DNA from: a virus
Strand: one strand, 5' to 3'
DNA: 64,000 bases
Virus record (IMG/VR): IMGVR_UViG_3300028800_000074
Span: 15,132-79,131 of that record
Shown here: positions 42,459 to 52,294 of the stretch, in pieces
How the letters are laid out: every line of letters begins with the position of its first letter
Numbering within the stretch: the first letter of the stretch is position 1
Translations under genes and position numbers: made by a program
The notes under the pieces: generated by a model
Databases searched by the model: none
Told to the model about the DNA's origin: nothing
Seen by the model: the letters and a program-made list of their open reading frames with translations, nothing else

Positions 42459-44000
42459 ATGGCGACCAACGTCCCGCCGCTTGTCTTCACGCCGACCGGT
42501 ATCATCGCGCCGCTTGAGAGCGCGATTGAAGCTGGAGTGCAGGCCGACTTCCAAGCGGCCTTCACCGTCCTCGGCGGTCCTCCGCTCAACTTCACCACGA
42601 ACACGGGCGCGAACACCAACGCGACACCGCAGTCGATGCTTGCCGACGCCGAGACGGCGATCATCGGACAGACCAACGACCTCTTCCTGCTCTACGCCAA
42701 CCTGTTCGACCCGGCGCTTTCGTTCGGCAGGTTTCATGACGCCTTGGCGCGCATCTATTACATCACGAGGTTCTCCGGCACGCCGACGCTCGTGCTGGTG
42801 CAGTGCATCGGCGCGATCAACACCCAGATTCCTCTCGGCGCGCTGATTCAGGACATCAACGGATTTCAGTACGTCGCAACTCAGGCTGCGACGATCCCGT
42901 ACTCCGGGTCGGTGATCATCCCGTTCGCATGCACGACGGTCGGTCCGATCCCATGCGCCGCCAATGCCCTATCGAGCGCAGATGGCGCAGAGATCGTGCA
43001 GACGATCTCCGGGTGGGACGCGATCTCGAACTCGGCGGCCGGGATCACGGGTCTCAATGCGGAGAGCGATCAAGCCCTCGAAGTCAGGCGGTACAATTCG
43101 ACCGCGATCAACGCCCACGGGACCGAGCCTTCGCTGCGCTCGAACCTTCTCGCCGTCCCGGGTGTCATCGACGCCTATGTCGTTTCGAACAGGACGTCAG
43201 GCGTGACGACGTTCATGGGCGTCACCCTCGGGCCCTATTCGATCTGGATTTCGGTCGAAGGCGGAAGCGCTGCGGCAATCGCCGCCGCGATCCTCGCGCA
43301 AGCCCCGCCGTGCCCGATGAACGGGAACACGAGCTACACCATTCAGGACACGCAGCAGGGCCAGCAGGCTCCGTATCCATCCTACGTCATGACGTGGGAG
43401 ACGCCGACGCCGCTGCCGATCATCGTCGCCGTGACGATTGCAAACCTCCCGAACATTCCAAGCAATGCGCAGTCGCTGATCTCGGCGGCCATCGTCGCCG
43501 CGTGGTCAGGCCTCGATCTTCAGGGCTACAATTCCGTCAGCCAGCCGGTCTACGGGCCGAGGGTGTCATGGCCAGCGATCTTCGCTCAACGACTTGCGAA
43601 CGCGATCAACGCGTACACGTGCTGGGTCGGCATCCAAGTCGTCGCCGTTCAGCTCGGCTCCCCGAACGACGCCAACACCGTGACGCTCCAAGGCACGGTC
43701 GCGACCAGCGGTGGGAACACGACGCTGACCGTGACCTCGGTCTCGTCGGCCGGCATCGCTCCGGGCCAGTGGCTCGCGGATACGCTCGGAAATGTTCCGG
43801 GCGGAGTGCAGATTCTGAGTCAGCTCAGCGGCGTGGCGGGAGGTACCGGAACCTACGCGCTCACTGGAGCTGGCAAAATCTTCTCCATCGGCGTCAGCCA
43901 GACGATCTACTCGATCACGCCTCTCTCTGACGAAGAGTCGATCAACCTCAACCAGTTTCCGACGATCAACGCCGCCAACGTCGGTCTCGCCACGCAATGA
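42459..44000 (+). CDS. Baseplate J-like wedge protein
   Basis: TPQ..LA, FDP....GR..DALARIY...R, GPI.C.A..L, GWD, G...ES...E.RR, V.GV.DAYV. Confidence 0.9.
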   Translation: MATNVPPLVFTPTGIIAPLESAIEAGVQADFQAAFTVLGGPPLNFTTNTGANTNATPQSMLADAETAIIGQTNDLFLLYANLFDPALSFGRFHDALARIYYITRFSGTPTLVLVQCIGAINTQIPLGALIQDINGFQYVATQAATIPYSGSVIIPFACTTVGPIPCAANALSSADGAEIVQTISGWDAISNSAAGITGLNAESDQALEVRRYNSTAINAHGTEPSLRSNLLAVPGVIDAYVVSNRTSGVTTFMGVTLGPYSIWISVEGGSAAAIAAAILAQAPPCPMNGNTSYTIQDTQQGQQAPYPSYVMTWETPTPLPIIVAVTIANLPNIPSNAQSLISAAIVAAWSGLDLQGYNSVSQPVYGPRVSWPAIFAQRLANAINAYTCWVGIQVVAVQLGSPNDANTVTLQGTVATSGGNTTLTVTSVSSAGIAPGQWLADTLGNVPGGVQILSQLSGVAGGTGTYALTGAGKIFSIGVSQTIYSITPLSDEESINLNQFPTINAANVGLATQ

Positions 44001-44776
44001 CCGACCCTTCAGGGCCGCAATATCCCAAGCCTCCGGGCCCGGGCTCAAATGCGCTTGGAACGTGGAACGTCGGCGTCAGTCAGATTGGGGACATCAAGCT
44101 CCTTCGAGCCTTTGATGTCATCACGTCGCAGTTTGGCAACTCGCCGATCATGGACAAGCTCATGGTCTCGACCAACGAGGCCATCGACCAGACGCTCAAC
44201 TTCGACGCCTTCTTCGACGCCGTGGTCAACGTCGACACCGCATCCGGCTGGGGCCTCGACATCTGGGGACGCATTGTCGGCATCCAAAGGACCGTAAGCG
44301 TCCCCTCAGTCGCTCCGCCGACGCCATACTTCGGATGGACGCAGGCGAAGCAGCCGGGATGGAGCCAAGGCGCTCCTTGGTACTCAGGAGAGGGCGCTGC
44401 GGCTCCGATCATCAACAGCTACGTGCTGAGCGACTCACAGTTCCGAAGGCTGATCTACGCCAAGGCGCTCGCCAACATCAGCAACGGTTCGATCCAGTCG
44501 ATCAACAAGTGCCTGTTCACGCTCTTCCAAGGGCGAGGCCGGTGCTGGGTGTCGCTGCTTGCAAGCACGCAGACCTACTTCGGGTGGACGCAGGCGCAAG
44601 CCCCCGGCTTCAATCAGGGGTCGCCGTTTTATTCAGGGGCGCTCCCGGCGACGACCTTGGGCCTCCAGTTCAACTTCACCTTCCCGCTCACGGCGACTGA
44701 CTACGGGATGATGCTCTCCGGCGTCATGCCCGTTCCTCCGCACATCCCCACCGCAATCGTCTTCGTTTCCGCATAA
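43997..44776 (+). CDS. Baseplate wedge protein (DUF2612 type)
   Basis: SQF.NSP, NVDTA.GWGLDIWGRIVG, LSD..FR.LI..KA..NI. Confidence 0.9.
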   Translation: MTDPSGPQYPKPPGPGSNALGTWNVGVSQIGDIKLLRAFDVITSQFGNSPIMDKLMVSTNEAIDQTLNFDAFFDAVVNVDTASGWGLDIWGRIVGIQRTVSVPSVAPPTPYFGWTQAKQPGWSQGAPWYSGEGAAAPIINSYVLSDSQFRRLIYAKALANISNGSIQSINKCLFTLFQGRGRCWVSLLASTQTYFGWTQAQAPGFNQGSPFYSGALPATTLGLQFNFTFPLTATDYGMMLSGVMPVPPHIPTAIVFVSA

Positions 44777-44791
44777 GAGGGACCACCCAAA

Positions 44792-45952
44792 ATGCTGGCC
44801 TCAGGCATCCCGACAAAGTTTCCTCTCTATTGGGCGCAGAACGCCTCGTCGAGCTACGTGAGGCAAGTCCCGTCTCCATCGCAGACCGGCGTCAACGTCC
44901 TCAACGCAAGCTTCAACGACGGCTTCCCTCCGGCCACGTTTCAGATTGGTGGAGCACCCGACGGCCGAGATGCGAACGGCGTCCTCCAGCAGCTCTCTCA
45001 GTGGGCTCAGTGGGATCAGGCGAAGGGCCCGGTCTATTGGGACTCGGCCTTCGCGACCGCAATCGGAGGATACCCGCACGGGGCGTTCTTGAACGCGGTC
45101 GGCATCGACGCGGGATACTGGTTCTGCACGGTCGACAACAATCTCACGAACCCTGACGCGAGCGGAGCCGGGTGGACGTTCTGCCAGTTCGGGGCGCAGT
45201 CCGGCAGGCTCCTGAAGACGACCGTCTACGCCATCGTCGGCGGTGTTCAGCAAGTCAGCGTCAACGGCGGCGCGTTCACGACGTCCGGCGCGACGGTGTT
45301 CACGAGCGGAGGCGGAACGAACGCTATCCGAGCGAGGGTCCAAGGCGGCGGCGGCGCAGGCGGCAGCGTGCCAGCCGGGTCCAGCTCTGGACCCACCGGC
45401 TACGCCAGCGGCGGCGGCGCTGGAGGTAATTACGGAGAGTCTTGGTTCACGACCGGCTTCACTGGCGGCATCGCGACCACCGTGGGGACTGGGGGGTCGC
45501 CGGGGGCAGCCGGTAACAATGCTGGCGGCAACGGAAATACCAGCAGCCTCGGCGCGCTCATGTCGATGGGCGGCGGGACAGGCGGCGGAAGCGGCGGAGC
45601 CTTCCAGAGCAACGACTGGACGACGTCAGGATCGGTAGGAACGCCAAGCGCCACCGCGAGTGGCGCGAACATCATGTCCGTTGTCGGGCAAGGCGGCTTC
45701 TTCGGTATGTTCGCCAGCTCGTCGGGGTGCACTCAGGGTGCAGCCATGAGCGGCGCGGGCGGGGACTCGTTCCTCGGGAGGGGTGGTTACAGCTTGGCGA
45801 GCCAGATTGGCCCAGTCGCCAGCCAGACGGGCGTTGCGGGAACGGGATACGGAGCGGGGGGCGGCGGCTGCTACGCCATCGGCGGAGGCAGCTCAGCTCG
45901 CCAAGGCGGAGCCGGGGCGGCCGGAATCATCATCATCGAGGAGTGGGCCTAA
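44792..45952 (+). CDS. Tail fibre protein with glycine-rich domain
   Basis: AS..DGFPP.T, P.G.D.NG.L, AIGGYP.GA, DNN.TNP; GGGG.GG repeats; G..GIIIIEE. Confidence 0.88.
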   Translation: MLASGIPTKFPLYWAQNASSSYVRQVPSPSQTGVNVLNASFNDGFPPATFQIGGAPDGRDANGVLQQLSQWAQWDQAKGPVYWDSAFATAIGGYPHGAFLNAVGIDAGYWFCTVDNNLTNPDASGAGWTFCQFGAQSGRLLKTTVYAIVGGVQQVSVNGGAFTTSGATVFTSGGGTNAIRARVQGGGGAGGSVPAGSSSGPTGYASGGGAGGNYGESWFTTGFTGGIATTVGTGGSPGAAGNNAGGNGNTSSLGALMSMGGGTGGGSGGAFQSNDWTTSGSVGTPSATASGANIMSVVGQGGFFGMFASSSGCTQGAAMSGAGGDSFLGRGGYSLASQIGPVASQTGVAGTGYGAGGGGCYAIGGGSSARQGGAGAAGIIIIEEWA

Positions 45953-45953
45953 G

Positions 45954-46502
45954 ATGCTCTGGCATATTGATCCAAACGGCGTCGTGGACGAGGCGGTTTC
46001 GTCCACGCATGACGAGAACGGCAAGCCGAGGTTCCACAAGGACTTCATCGAGAGGGTCGTAAACGACGGAGGGGCCGCTGGCGTCTCCATCGGATGGGTG
46101 TGGAAGAACGGGTCGTTCTCTCCCCCAGCGGCTCGCCAGTACACGCCAACACAGCTTCTCGACTACGGCTCCGACAAGGTCTCGTTGCTTCACGCCACGG
46201 CTCGACCATACGCGGTCTCTGGATTGAAGGAGCCGATCTTCGACGACATCGCCAATTCGACGCACGACGGCCTCAACAAGATTTACGCCGCACGGGACGT
46301 CATCGAGTGGCCCTTGTCCTACACGGACGAAAACTACGCTCGCCTTTCCCTGACCGAAGACCAGTTCACCGATTTTTACAAGCAGGCGGTCGCCTACTGG
46401 CAGAAGGTCTGGGGCTTCTACAACGACACCGTCGTCGACGCGGTCAAAGCGGGGAAGGTGAAGTCGCCCGAGGACATCGACGCGCTGGGGTGGCCGAAAT
46501 GA
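45954..46502 (+). CDS. Tail fibre assembly/accessory protein
   Basis: IGWVW.NG.FSPP; C-terminal IDALGWP; follows the fibre gene. Confidence 0.75.
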   Translation: MLWHIDPNGVVDEAVSSTHDENGKPRFHKDFIERVVNDGGAAGVSIGWVWKNGSFSPPAARQYTPTQLLDYGSDKVSLLHATARPYAVSGLKEPIFDDIANSTHDGLNKIYAARDVIEWPLSYTDENYARLSLTEDQFTDFYKQAVAYWQKVWGFYNDTVVDAVKAGKVKSPEDIDALGWPK

Positions 46503-47641
46503 TCAAGCGCCGCACCGCGTCATTTCTTGCCGCCGCTGCGATAGCGCTTTCGCCGTTCTCGGCGGAAGCGAAGCGGGAGACGAAACCGCACATCGGTTTC
46601 CATCTCCCTCCGATGCACTCGCTGATCGTTCAGTCTGCGCCGATCTATCCATACTCGGCGCAGACTGTATGGACGCCCCTCCAGTGGGCGGCGATCTTCG
46701 CTGCGAAGCAGGACTGGCTCGGAGCGAACCCGTGCATCATCACCGGTTGCCAGATGCAGGGGAAGATTTACCTCAACCCCTCGACCAACGTCTTCGGAGC
46801 GAGCATCAACTTCTGGGGCGGACCTAGCGGAGGGACGCCGGGGGTCGCTCCTGCAAACCCTCAGCCGGGAGATATGTGGCTGACGACGGTCGGCCTCTAC
46901 TACTACAACGGCTCAAGCATCATTGGCCCGCTCACGTCGCAGCCGACGCTGACATTCCCCGGAACGGTCGCGACCGGCGCGACAAGCGGCGGCGTCCTAT
47001 GCGCAACGAGCACGACCGCCATCGCGATGAGCGGGCTTCTTCCGCTCAATGCGCTACTCGTTGGCGGCGGTGCCGGAGCCTGCCCAGCGAGCATCACCAC
47101 GCCAGCAAGCGTCCTCGCCGCGCTTCAGCTCGTCACCAATTCCAATCCCGGTGGCATCCTCACATACGGGTCAGCTCCGGTCGCTGGACTTACCGGCATT
47201 AACGCGACCGTCCAGACCGACGTCGCGAACACGCCGAACACCGCGACCGGTCTCGTCGCCTACAATGGGGCGGCTGCGGGCAATCCTCCGGTCACCGTCA
47301 ACTGCACCATCCCCGATGTCGCCGCAGCGTCGACGAACTGGTGTACATGGAAGTTCGCGAACACCGGCCTCGTTCAGCCGTTCTTCGACACGTTGATGGT
47401 GCAGACGCAGGCGACCTGCTCGACCACCTTCCCCGTTTATGAGGTCTTCGACGTAACGACCTCGACGGTGATCGGGTCGACCCTGACCGCCGTCAACGGC
47501 CTCGCCACGCTCTCGATAAACGCCGCCGCTGGGTCCGCCACTGACACCTTTGCGATCCGCGTCACGGTTCTCGGTAGCGGCTGCGGCGCGACCATCGCGA
47601 ACGAGTTCAACACCATTTCTCTAACCCTCAGGGGAGGCTGA
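46499..47641 (+). CDS. Fibre-like structural protein with N-terminal signal peptide
   Basis: MIKRRTASFLAAAAIALSPFSAEA|K; APANPQPGDMW motif; 8 Cys. Confidence 0.75.
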   Translation: MIKRRTASFLAAAAIALSPFSAEAKRETKPHIGFHLPPMHSLIVQSAPIYPYSAQTVWTPLQWAAIFAAKQDWLGANPCIITGCQMQGKIYLNPSTNVFGASINFWGGPSGGTPGVAPANPQPGDMWLTTVGLYYYNGSSIIGPLTSQPTLTFPGTVATGATSGGVLCATSTTAIAMSGLLPLNALLVGGGAGACPASITTPASVLAALQLVTNSNPGGILTYGSAPVAGLTGINATVQTDVANTPNTATGLVAYNGAAAGNPPVTVNCTIPDVAAASTNWCTWKFANTGLVQPFFDTLMVQTQATCSTTFPVYEVFDVTTSTVIGSTLTAVNGLATLSINAAAGSATDTFAIRVTVLGSGCGATIANEFNTISLTLRGG

Positions 47642-47645
47642 TCCA

Positions 47646-48560
47646 ATGGCCGGTCTTGCCGACTTCGCCGCTATGCGGCAACTGAATGACGCGCTCGGCG
47701 TCATCCCGCTCAACGTCGCGAGCGCGAGCCGCTTCGCCGCCCTCTTCGTCACGATGCCTGCCGACACGGGCGCTGGCGGAACGGAGGTCAGCGGCGGGTC
47801 ATATGCTCGCGTCCAATTCGCAGGCACGATCACGGTCAACGGCTCGACAACGACCGCGAGCCCGACGCTGCATGTCGCCTCCGTCCCGGCGTGGCTTGCG
47901 GCCCTCGGGTCGGCGGCCAACGGCGCAGGCGTCAACGTCTATGACACGACCACCGGGCAGCAGATCGGCACCATCTCGACCTGCACGAGCGGCGGCACCA
48001 CGATCACGCTGACCGCGAACGCGGCAAACGCCGTCGGCGCAACCGACGTACTCGCGTTCTCGGCCTTCTCTCCTGCGGTGGCGTCTTCCGGAGCCGAGCC
48101 TGCCACGACGCCTTGCTCCGCGACGCTCAACTCGCAGATCAACTACGCAGTGTCGAGCGGGTCGTGGGGCACGATCCCCGGCTTGGGCGTCTACGATGCG
48201 CTGACGAGCGGCAACCTCTATGCGTTCGACTACCTCAACCTGACCGGCGCTGGGAAGTATTCCCCCTGCTCGATCACGTCGGCTTCTCCCGGCGTCGTCA
48301 CCTGCACCGACCAGACCTTCACCAACGGAAACTCGGTCGTCTTCTCGAACAAGATCGGCGGTTCTCTGCCGACGCTGTCGAGCGGTTCGTGGTCTGGACT
48401 GCAAACGGTCGCTGGCGTCTCTGGGAACACCTTCAACGTCGGCCTCAATACGACGTCCATCGGCGACGGTTTGGTGCGCCCCGTGACCCCGCTGACGGTC
48501 GGAGCCAGTCCGACCAACGTGTTCTTTCCCTCGTCGTCAATCGTCATGGCAGCAGCGTAA
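47646..48560 (+). CDS. Fibre/filament subunit-like virion protein with inserted beta domains
   Basis: ALF.T.P.D.G.GGTEVSGGSYAR, WGTI....YDA.TSGNL; SITSASPGVVT insert. Confidence 0.75.
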   Translation: MAGLADFAAMRQLNDALGVIPLNVASASRFAALFVTMPADTGAGGTEVSGGSYARVQFAGTITVNGSTTTASPTLHVASVPAWLAALGSAANGAGVNVYDTTTGQQIGTISTCTSGGTTITLTANAANAVGATDVLAFSAFSPAVASSGAEPATTPCSATLNSQINYAVSSGSWGTIPGLGVYDALTSGNLYAFDYLNLTGAGKYSPCSITSASPGVVTCTDQTFTNGNSVVFSNKIGGSLPTLSSGSWSGLQTVAGVSGNTFNVGLNTTSIGDGLVRPVTPLTVGASPTNVFFPSSSIVMAAA

Positions 48561-48571
48561 GAGAGAGACCG

Positions 48572-48808
48572 ATGGTTTCAAGACTTCTAACCACCGTTCC
48601 CGACGTCCCCGACGTCCCCATCGAGATGGTGGCTTTCGACGTCGGCACGGCCGCGTGGCAGATGTATCTCGCCAAGGCCAGACGCGACAAAGGCATGATC
48701 TCGGACAAGGAGATGGCCGTCGTCGAGCGCGTCGCCGGGCCGCTCGCGAAGCGATCCTATTCAATGTTCAATCCCTTTACCGGCGAGCGCAAGCGGGTGA
48801 CCGTGTGA
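48572..48808 (+). CDS. Hypothetical protein
   Basis: GAGAGAGA RBS; overlap with next gene. Confidence 0.6.
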   Translation: MVSRLLTTVPDVPDVPIEMVAFDVGTAAWQMYLAKARRDKGMISDKEMAVVERVAGPLAKRSYSMFNPFTGERKRVTV

Positions 48809-49203
48809 CCTACACGTTGATCCACAACTCCGACAATTCAATCGACACCGGCTCTGTCATCCTCGATGCCGACGGGTCGACGATCCTCAACTGGCAACCG
48901 GAGTGGCAGACCTACCGCGCATGGCTCGCGGACGGGAACACGCCGACGACTCCGCCGCCGATCCCGCAGCCCATGCCCGTGGACTTTCTTCAGTTCATGT
49001 CGCTCCTGACCGAGCAGGAGCAGGCGGCGCTGATCTCATCCAACGACATCCAGACGAAGCTCTTCGTTGCCGAGGCGGAGGGAGCCGGAACAATTGATCT
49101 GGCTGACCCTCTCGTCGTTCAGGCGGTCGAGTACGTCGCATCGCTCGGGCTGATCTCGCCAAGCCGCGTGTCGGCAATCCTCAACAATCAGCCGCCATCG
49201 TAA
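48805..49203 (+). CDS. Tail fibre assembly-like protein
   Basis: WQ.Y..WLA.GNTP; IDL.DP; GLI...R...IL. Confidence 0.7.
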   Translation: MTYTLIHNSDNSIDTGSVILDADGSTILNWQPEWQTYRAWLADGNTPTTPPPIPQPMPVDFLQFMSLLTEQEQAALISSNDIQTKLFVAEAEGAGTIDLADPLVVQAVEYVASLGLISPSRVSAILNNQPPS

Positions 49204-49215
49204 AGGAGAGCGCCT

Positions 49216-49662
49216 ATGGCCCTTTATAGCGTAGCAAACAGGACGACCTCCGGGACCACCGCCACCGCAGCGGAGGAGGTCATCGCCGGTTCAACCGTCG
49301 AGCATAAGATTTTCGAGCTTGGCCTATCGCTAGTTGCCGCGACGGCGAGCACTTACGGATTCGGACGCCCCGGAGCGACCGGGGTCACCCCTACCTCTCC
49401 CATCAACCTCCTCGCTGAGGATGGAGGCAACACGTCGGGTTCGACGGCGGGGACGAGCCAAGCCGAAACCGCAATCGCATGGGGCACTGGGCCAACTGTT
49501 CCCGCAAACTTCGCGAGGCGCGCCAGCTTGCCTGCGACGGTTGGCGCTGGCCTCATCTGGACCTTCCCGCGCGGCTTTATCACGCTCAAGACTCTCTCGA
49601 CGGTTCTCTGGAATCTGGCGACCAATTCGGTCGCGGACTGCTGGGTCGTCGTCGACGAGTGA
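49216..49662 (+). CDS. Virion beta-protein, paralogue A
   Basis: GFGRP..G.TP; EDGGNTS; AW...PT.P..F; WTFP; VVDE. Confidence 0.75.
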   Translation: MALYSVANRTTSGTTATAAEEVIAGSTVEHKIFELGLSLVAATASTYGFGRPGATGVTPTSPINLLAEDGGNTSGSTAGTSQAETAIAWGTGPTVPANFARRASLPATVGAGLIWTFPRGFITLKTLSTVLWNLATNSVADCWVVVDE

Positions 49663-49668
49663 CATGCA

Positions 49669-50088
49669 GTGGCGATCTATAGCCTCGCCTTGCGGCAGAC
49701 CTCGGGGTCCTTGGCGTCAGTCGGCGAGCTGACGGCCGGCGCGAGCGTTCAGCATGGCGTCCTTGAGGTCGGGATCAGCCAAGTATCGAACGGCTTCGGC
49801 ATCATCGGACTCGGCCGCCCTAATACGCAGGGCGTGAGCGTCACGGGAACGGCGCTTTTGCCAGAGGACGGGGGGAACACGTCAACCTGTCAGGCGAAGG
49901 CCGCGATCACTTGGACGACAGCGCCGACTCGACCGGCTGGGTTTATGAAGAAAGCAGCCCCAGCTTTCGTTGGCGGTTATGTGTGGGCGTTCCCGCAGCC
50001 AATCATCTCCCAGCCCGGCGCGTCGGTCGTTCTATGGTCATTCGAAATTCTGGCGAACGTCGATTTCTGGTTCGTGATCGACGAGTGA
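49669..50088 (+). CDS. Virion beta-protein, paralogue B
   Basis: GLGRP; EDGGNTS; TW...PT.P..F; WAFP; VIDE. Confidence 0.75.
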   Translation: MAIYSLALRQTSGSLASVGELTAGASVQHGVLEVGISQVSNGFGIIGLGRPNTQGVSVTGTALLPEDGGNTSTCQAKAAITWTTAPTRPAGFMKKAAPAFVGGYVWAFPQPIISQPGASVVLWSFEILANVDFWFVIDE

Positions 50089-50094
50089 GGGGCC

Positions 50095-50562
50095 ATGTCG
50101 CTGTTTTTTGCCAATGCGATCAGCCTCGGGGGCGAGGCGTTAATCTCGGGCGCGTTGCTGCCCTATTGTTTTTTGGAAATTGTCGCGCCGCCGACAGGGC
50201 GGGTGCTGCTCAAGAAGATTTCCTTCAACAGTGCTGGCGCGGCGGCGCGGTCTTACACCTACGGGCTCGGCAACCCCGCAGCGGCCGGGATTTCTCCGAG
50301 CATGACGTGGCCTCTTGTCGCGGCTGATCCGTCTACGCCTGTCCCATCTCTCACCATCGCAACCGCATGGGCGGTCGAGCCGACACAGCCAACAAAATTC
50401 TTCCGCCGACTCACCGACCTTGCGTCGCAACCTGATCCGGGGTGGAATTTCCCGCAGGGCCTTGGCATCTACAATGGCGAGAGTCTGGCGGTGTGGGTGA
50501 CTGGCATCAGTGGGTCTTCCAATCGCGTCAACGTTGGCTTTTCGCTGGAGATCGACGCATGA
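50095..50562 (+). CDS. Virion beta-protein, paralogue C
   Basis: TYGLGNP..GISP; AW...PT.P..FFRR; WNFP; LEID. Confidence 0.75.
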   Translation: MSLFFANAISLGGEALISGALLPYCFLEIVAPPTGRVLLKKISFNSAGAAARSYTYGLGNPAAAGISPSMTWPLVAADPSTPVPSLTIATAWAVEPTQPTKFFRRLTDLASQPDPGWNFPQGLGIYNGESLAVWVTGISGSSNRVNVGFSLEIDA

Positions 50563-51041
50563 GCGCTTTCATCCTGCAGTCCCTCGGTGGGCTCCTTGGA
50601 AGGGATTTCGGCTTCAACGACGATTCGTTGCAGCCTGCCGACTACAAGCTCACGCCGACCGTCCCTGACGCATCGATCCCCGACGAGGTCGACTATCTCT
50701 GGCCTAGGTCTTCGTTCGGCATGATGAACTCGGCGACCGCCGCCGCCCCTCTCAACAACGCCGCGCCTCAGTATTGGGAGTGGGGGTATTGGCCTGCCGG
50801 GTGCAGCCGCCGCGTCGTCATCACCGGCATTGTGCAGACGTCGGGCGGCTCCCCGGTCTCAGGCGCTACGGTCGTCCTCTTCAACACGGCGACAAACCTG
50901 CCTCTCGACAGCTTTGTTTCACGGTCGGACGGCTCCTATGTCCTCACCGACCCGTATGCAGCTCCCTGCTACGCTGTCGCCTATCATCCCGGCTCCCCGG
51001 ACACGGCGGGCACGACCGTCGACACCCTGACCGGGTCGTAA
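50559..51041 (+). CDS. Protein with C-terminal prealbumin/carboxypeptidase-regulatory-like fold
   Basis: ITGIV...G.PV.GATV.L.....SDGSY. Confidence 0.7.
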   Translation: MSAFILQSLGGLLGRDFGFNDDSLQPADYKLTPTVPDASIPDEVDYLWPRSSFGMMNSATAAAPLNNAAPQYWEWGYWPAGCSRRVVITGIVQTSGGSPVSGATVVLFNTATNLPLDSFVSRSDGSYVLTDPYAAPCYAVAYHPGSPDTAGTTVDTLTGS

Positions 51042-51044
51042 GCA

Positions 51045-51932
51045 ATGTCGACGCCGATCTACCTCGGGACGGGGGCGTCGCCGTCGACGACGATTGTCCT
51101 CACCGACCCGACGAACCCCGGCTCCTCTTCCTCGGGGGCGTCGGCGGTGTTGGCGGCGACCTCTCTTCGGGCTGCCCCATCGGTCAAAATCGCCATGGCG
51201 TCCATGATCACGGCGGCGTCGAGATCGGCGACGGCTCCATCGCTCCGGACGTCGGCGGCTTCGAGGCTTCTCGCCGCAACTGGCGGCAGGTTCGCCAACA
51301 GTCTGAAGATCGGGTCGGCGTCTCGTGTTCTGAGCGCGGCAAGGGTCGCCAGCGCCGTCGGCGGCTCGGCGGCTATCGGGGCCTACTCCCGGCTTACCAC
51401 TTCCACTCGCCTCGGTGCAGCGCCGTCGGCCCTATCCGCCATAGCGGCTCGAATTGGCGCGGCCTCGGTTGACACGGCCGCCCCCAAGATTGCGACGTCC
51501 GTGGCTGTGAGGATCGCCGCCAGCTCGATGTCGAAGGCGGGGGCCACGGTCGGGGCCTCGGCCGCCGCGAGGATCGCCTCCGCCTATAAGGGCACCCTTG
51601 CAGTGGCCTCCAGAGCCTCTGTGGCGGCCTTCTTCGAAACCGGGGCTGGGACACGGGCCGGACCCTCCGTGCGCTCTCAGGGGGCTTCTAGGCTCACCAC
51701 AGCGGCATCCGGACGCTTCTCCCCCGGTGGACTGATCACGTCGGTAGCCGCCTATGCGCGGCTCACCCTCTCCGGCTCCATCCGGGCGGTCGTCGGAATC
51801 TTCGTCCAGCCGCCGAAGTTTGACGCGGCCTTCGCCCTGAACGGGCCGCCCAACGTCGCGAGCCTGAACGCCCCGGTCGCATCGGTGGCGCTGTCCTCCC
51901 CTCCGTCAGTCACCAGCCTTGGGGCACCATGA
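51045..51932 (+). CDS. Ala/Ser/Arg-rich protein with ~20-aa tandem repeats
   Basis: About 9 units anchored on xxASR(L/V)/xxARI. Confidence 0.7.
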   Translation: MSTPIYLGTGASPSTTIVLTDPTNPGSSSSGASAVLAATSLRAAPSVKIAMASMITAASRSATAPSLRTSAASRLLAATGGRFANSLKIGSASRVLSAARVASAVGGSAAIGAYSRLTTSTRLGAAPSALSAIAARIGAASVDTAAPKIATSVAVRIAASSMSKAGATVGASAAARIASAYKGTLAVASRASVAAFFETGAGTRAGPSVRSQGASRLTTAASGRFSPGGLITSVAAYARLTLSGSIRAVVGIFVQPPKFDAAFALNGPPNVASLNAPVASVALSSPPSVTSLGAP

Positions 51933-52273
51933 TGGCCTTCTGCGGCAAATTCACTCCCGTCGTGAACGGGGAGACCAAGAACTTCTCCCTCAACTTCGCG
52001 AACGACCTTGCGGCTCAAGGCCCTATCCCGGCCGACACAATCGCCTCGATCACGTCGGTGACCCTCATGGACCCGAGCGGAACGGACACGAACCCGGCCG
52101 CCCTCTTGATAGGTTCGGCCGGGATAAACCTGACGACGTGGGTCACACAGAAGATCGGCGGCTCCAGCCCCGGCTTCAACCCGGCGACGCCGTTCTACGT
52201 CTTGACCATGACCGTGCTCACGACCGGAGGCCAGACGCTGATCCTATCCGCCAACATCCCGGTCGCGACGTAG
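51929..52273 (+). CDS. Fibre-attachment adaptor-like protein
   Basis: E...F...F..L...DTI.S...V...IGG..G...Y....V.T..GQT pattern. Confidence 0.7.
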   Translation: MMAFCGKFTPVVNGETKNFSLNFANDLAAQGPIPADTIASITSVTLMDPSGTDTNPAALLIGSAGINLTTWVTQKIGGSSPGFNPATPFYVLTMTVLTTGGQTLILSANIPVAT

Positions 52274-52294
52274 CGACAATCTGAGGAATCTGAC

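Noticed and set aside
44325-44640. Duplicated YFGWTQA...G..QG.P.YSG in the DUF2612-type protein
   Set aside because: Short aromatic loop repeats of this kind are ordinary in this baseplate family; low novelty
46094-46498. N-terminal extension of the 515-aa ORF in the track
   Set aside because: Arg-rich off-frame overlap of 45954-46502; the real start is ATG 46499 (ATGA coupling, signal peptide)
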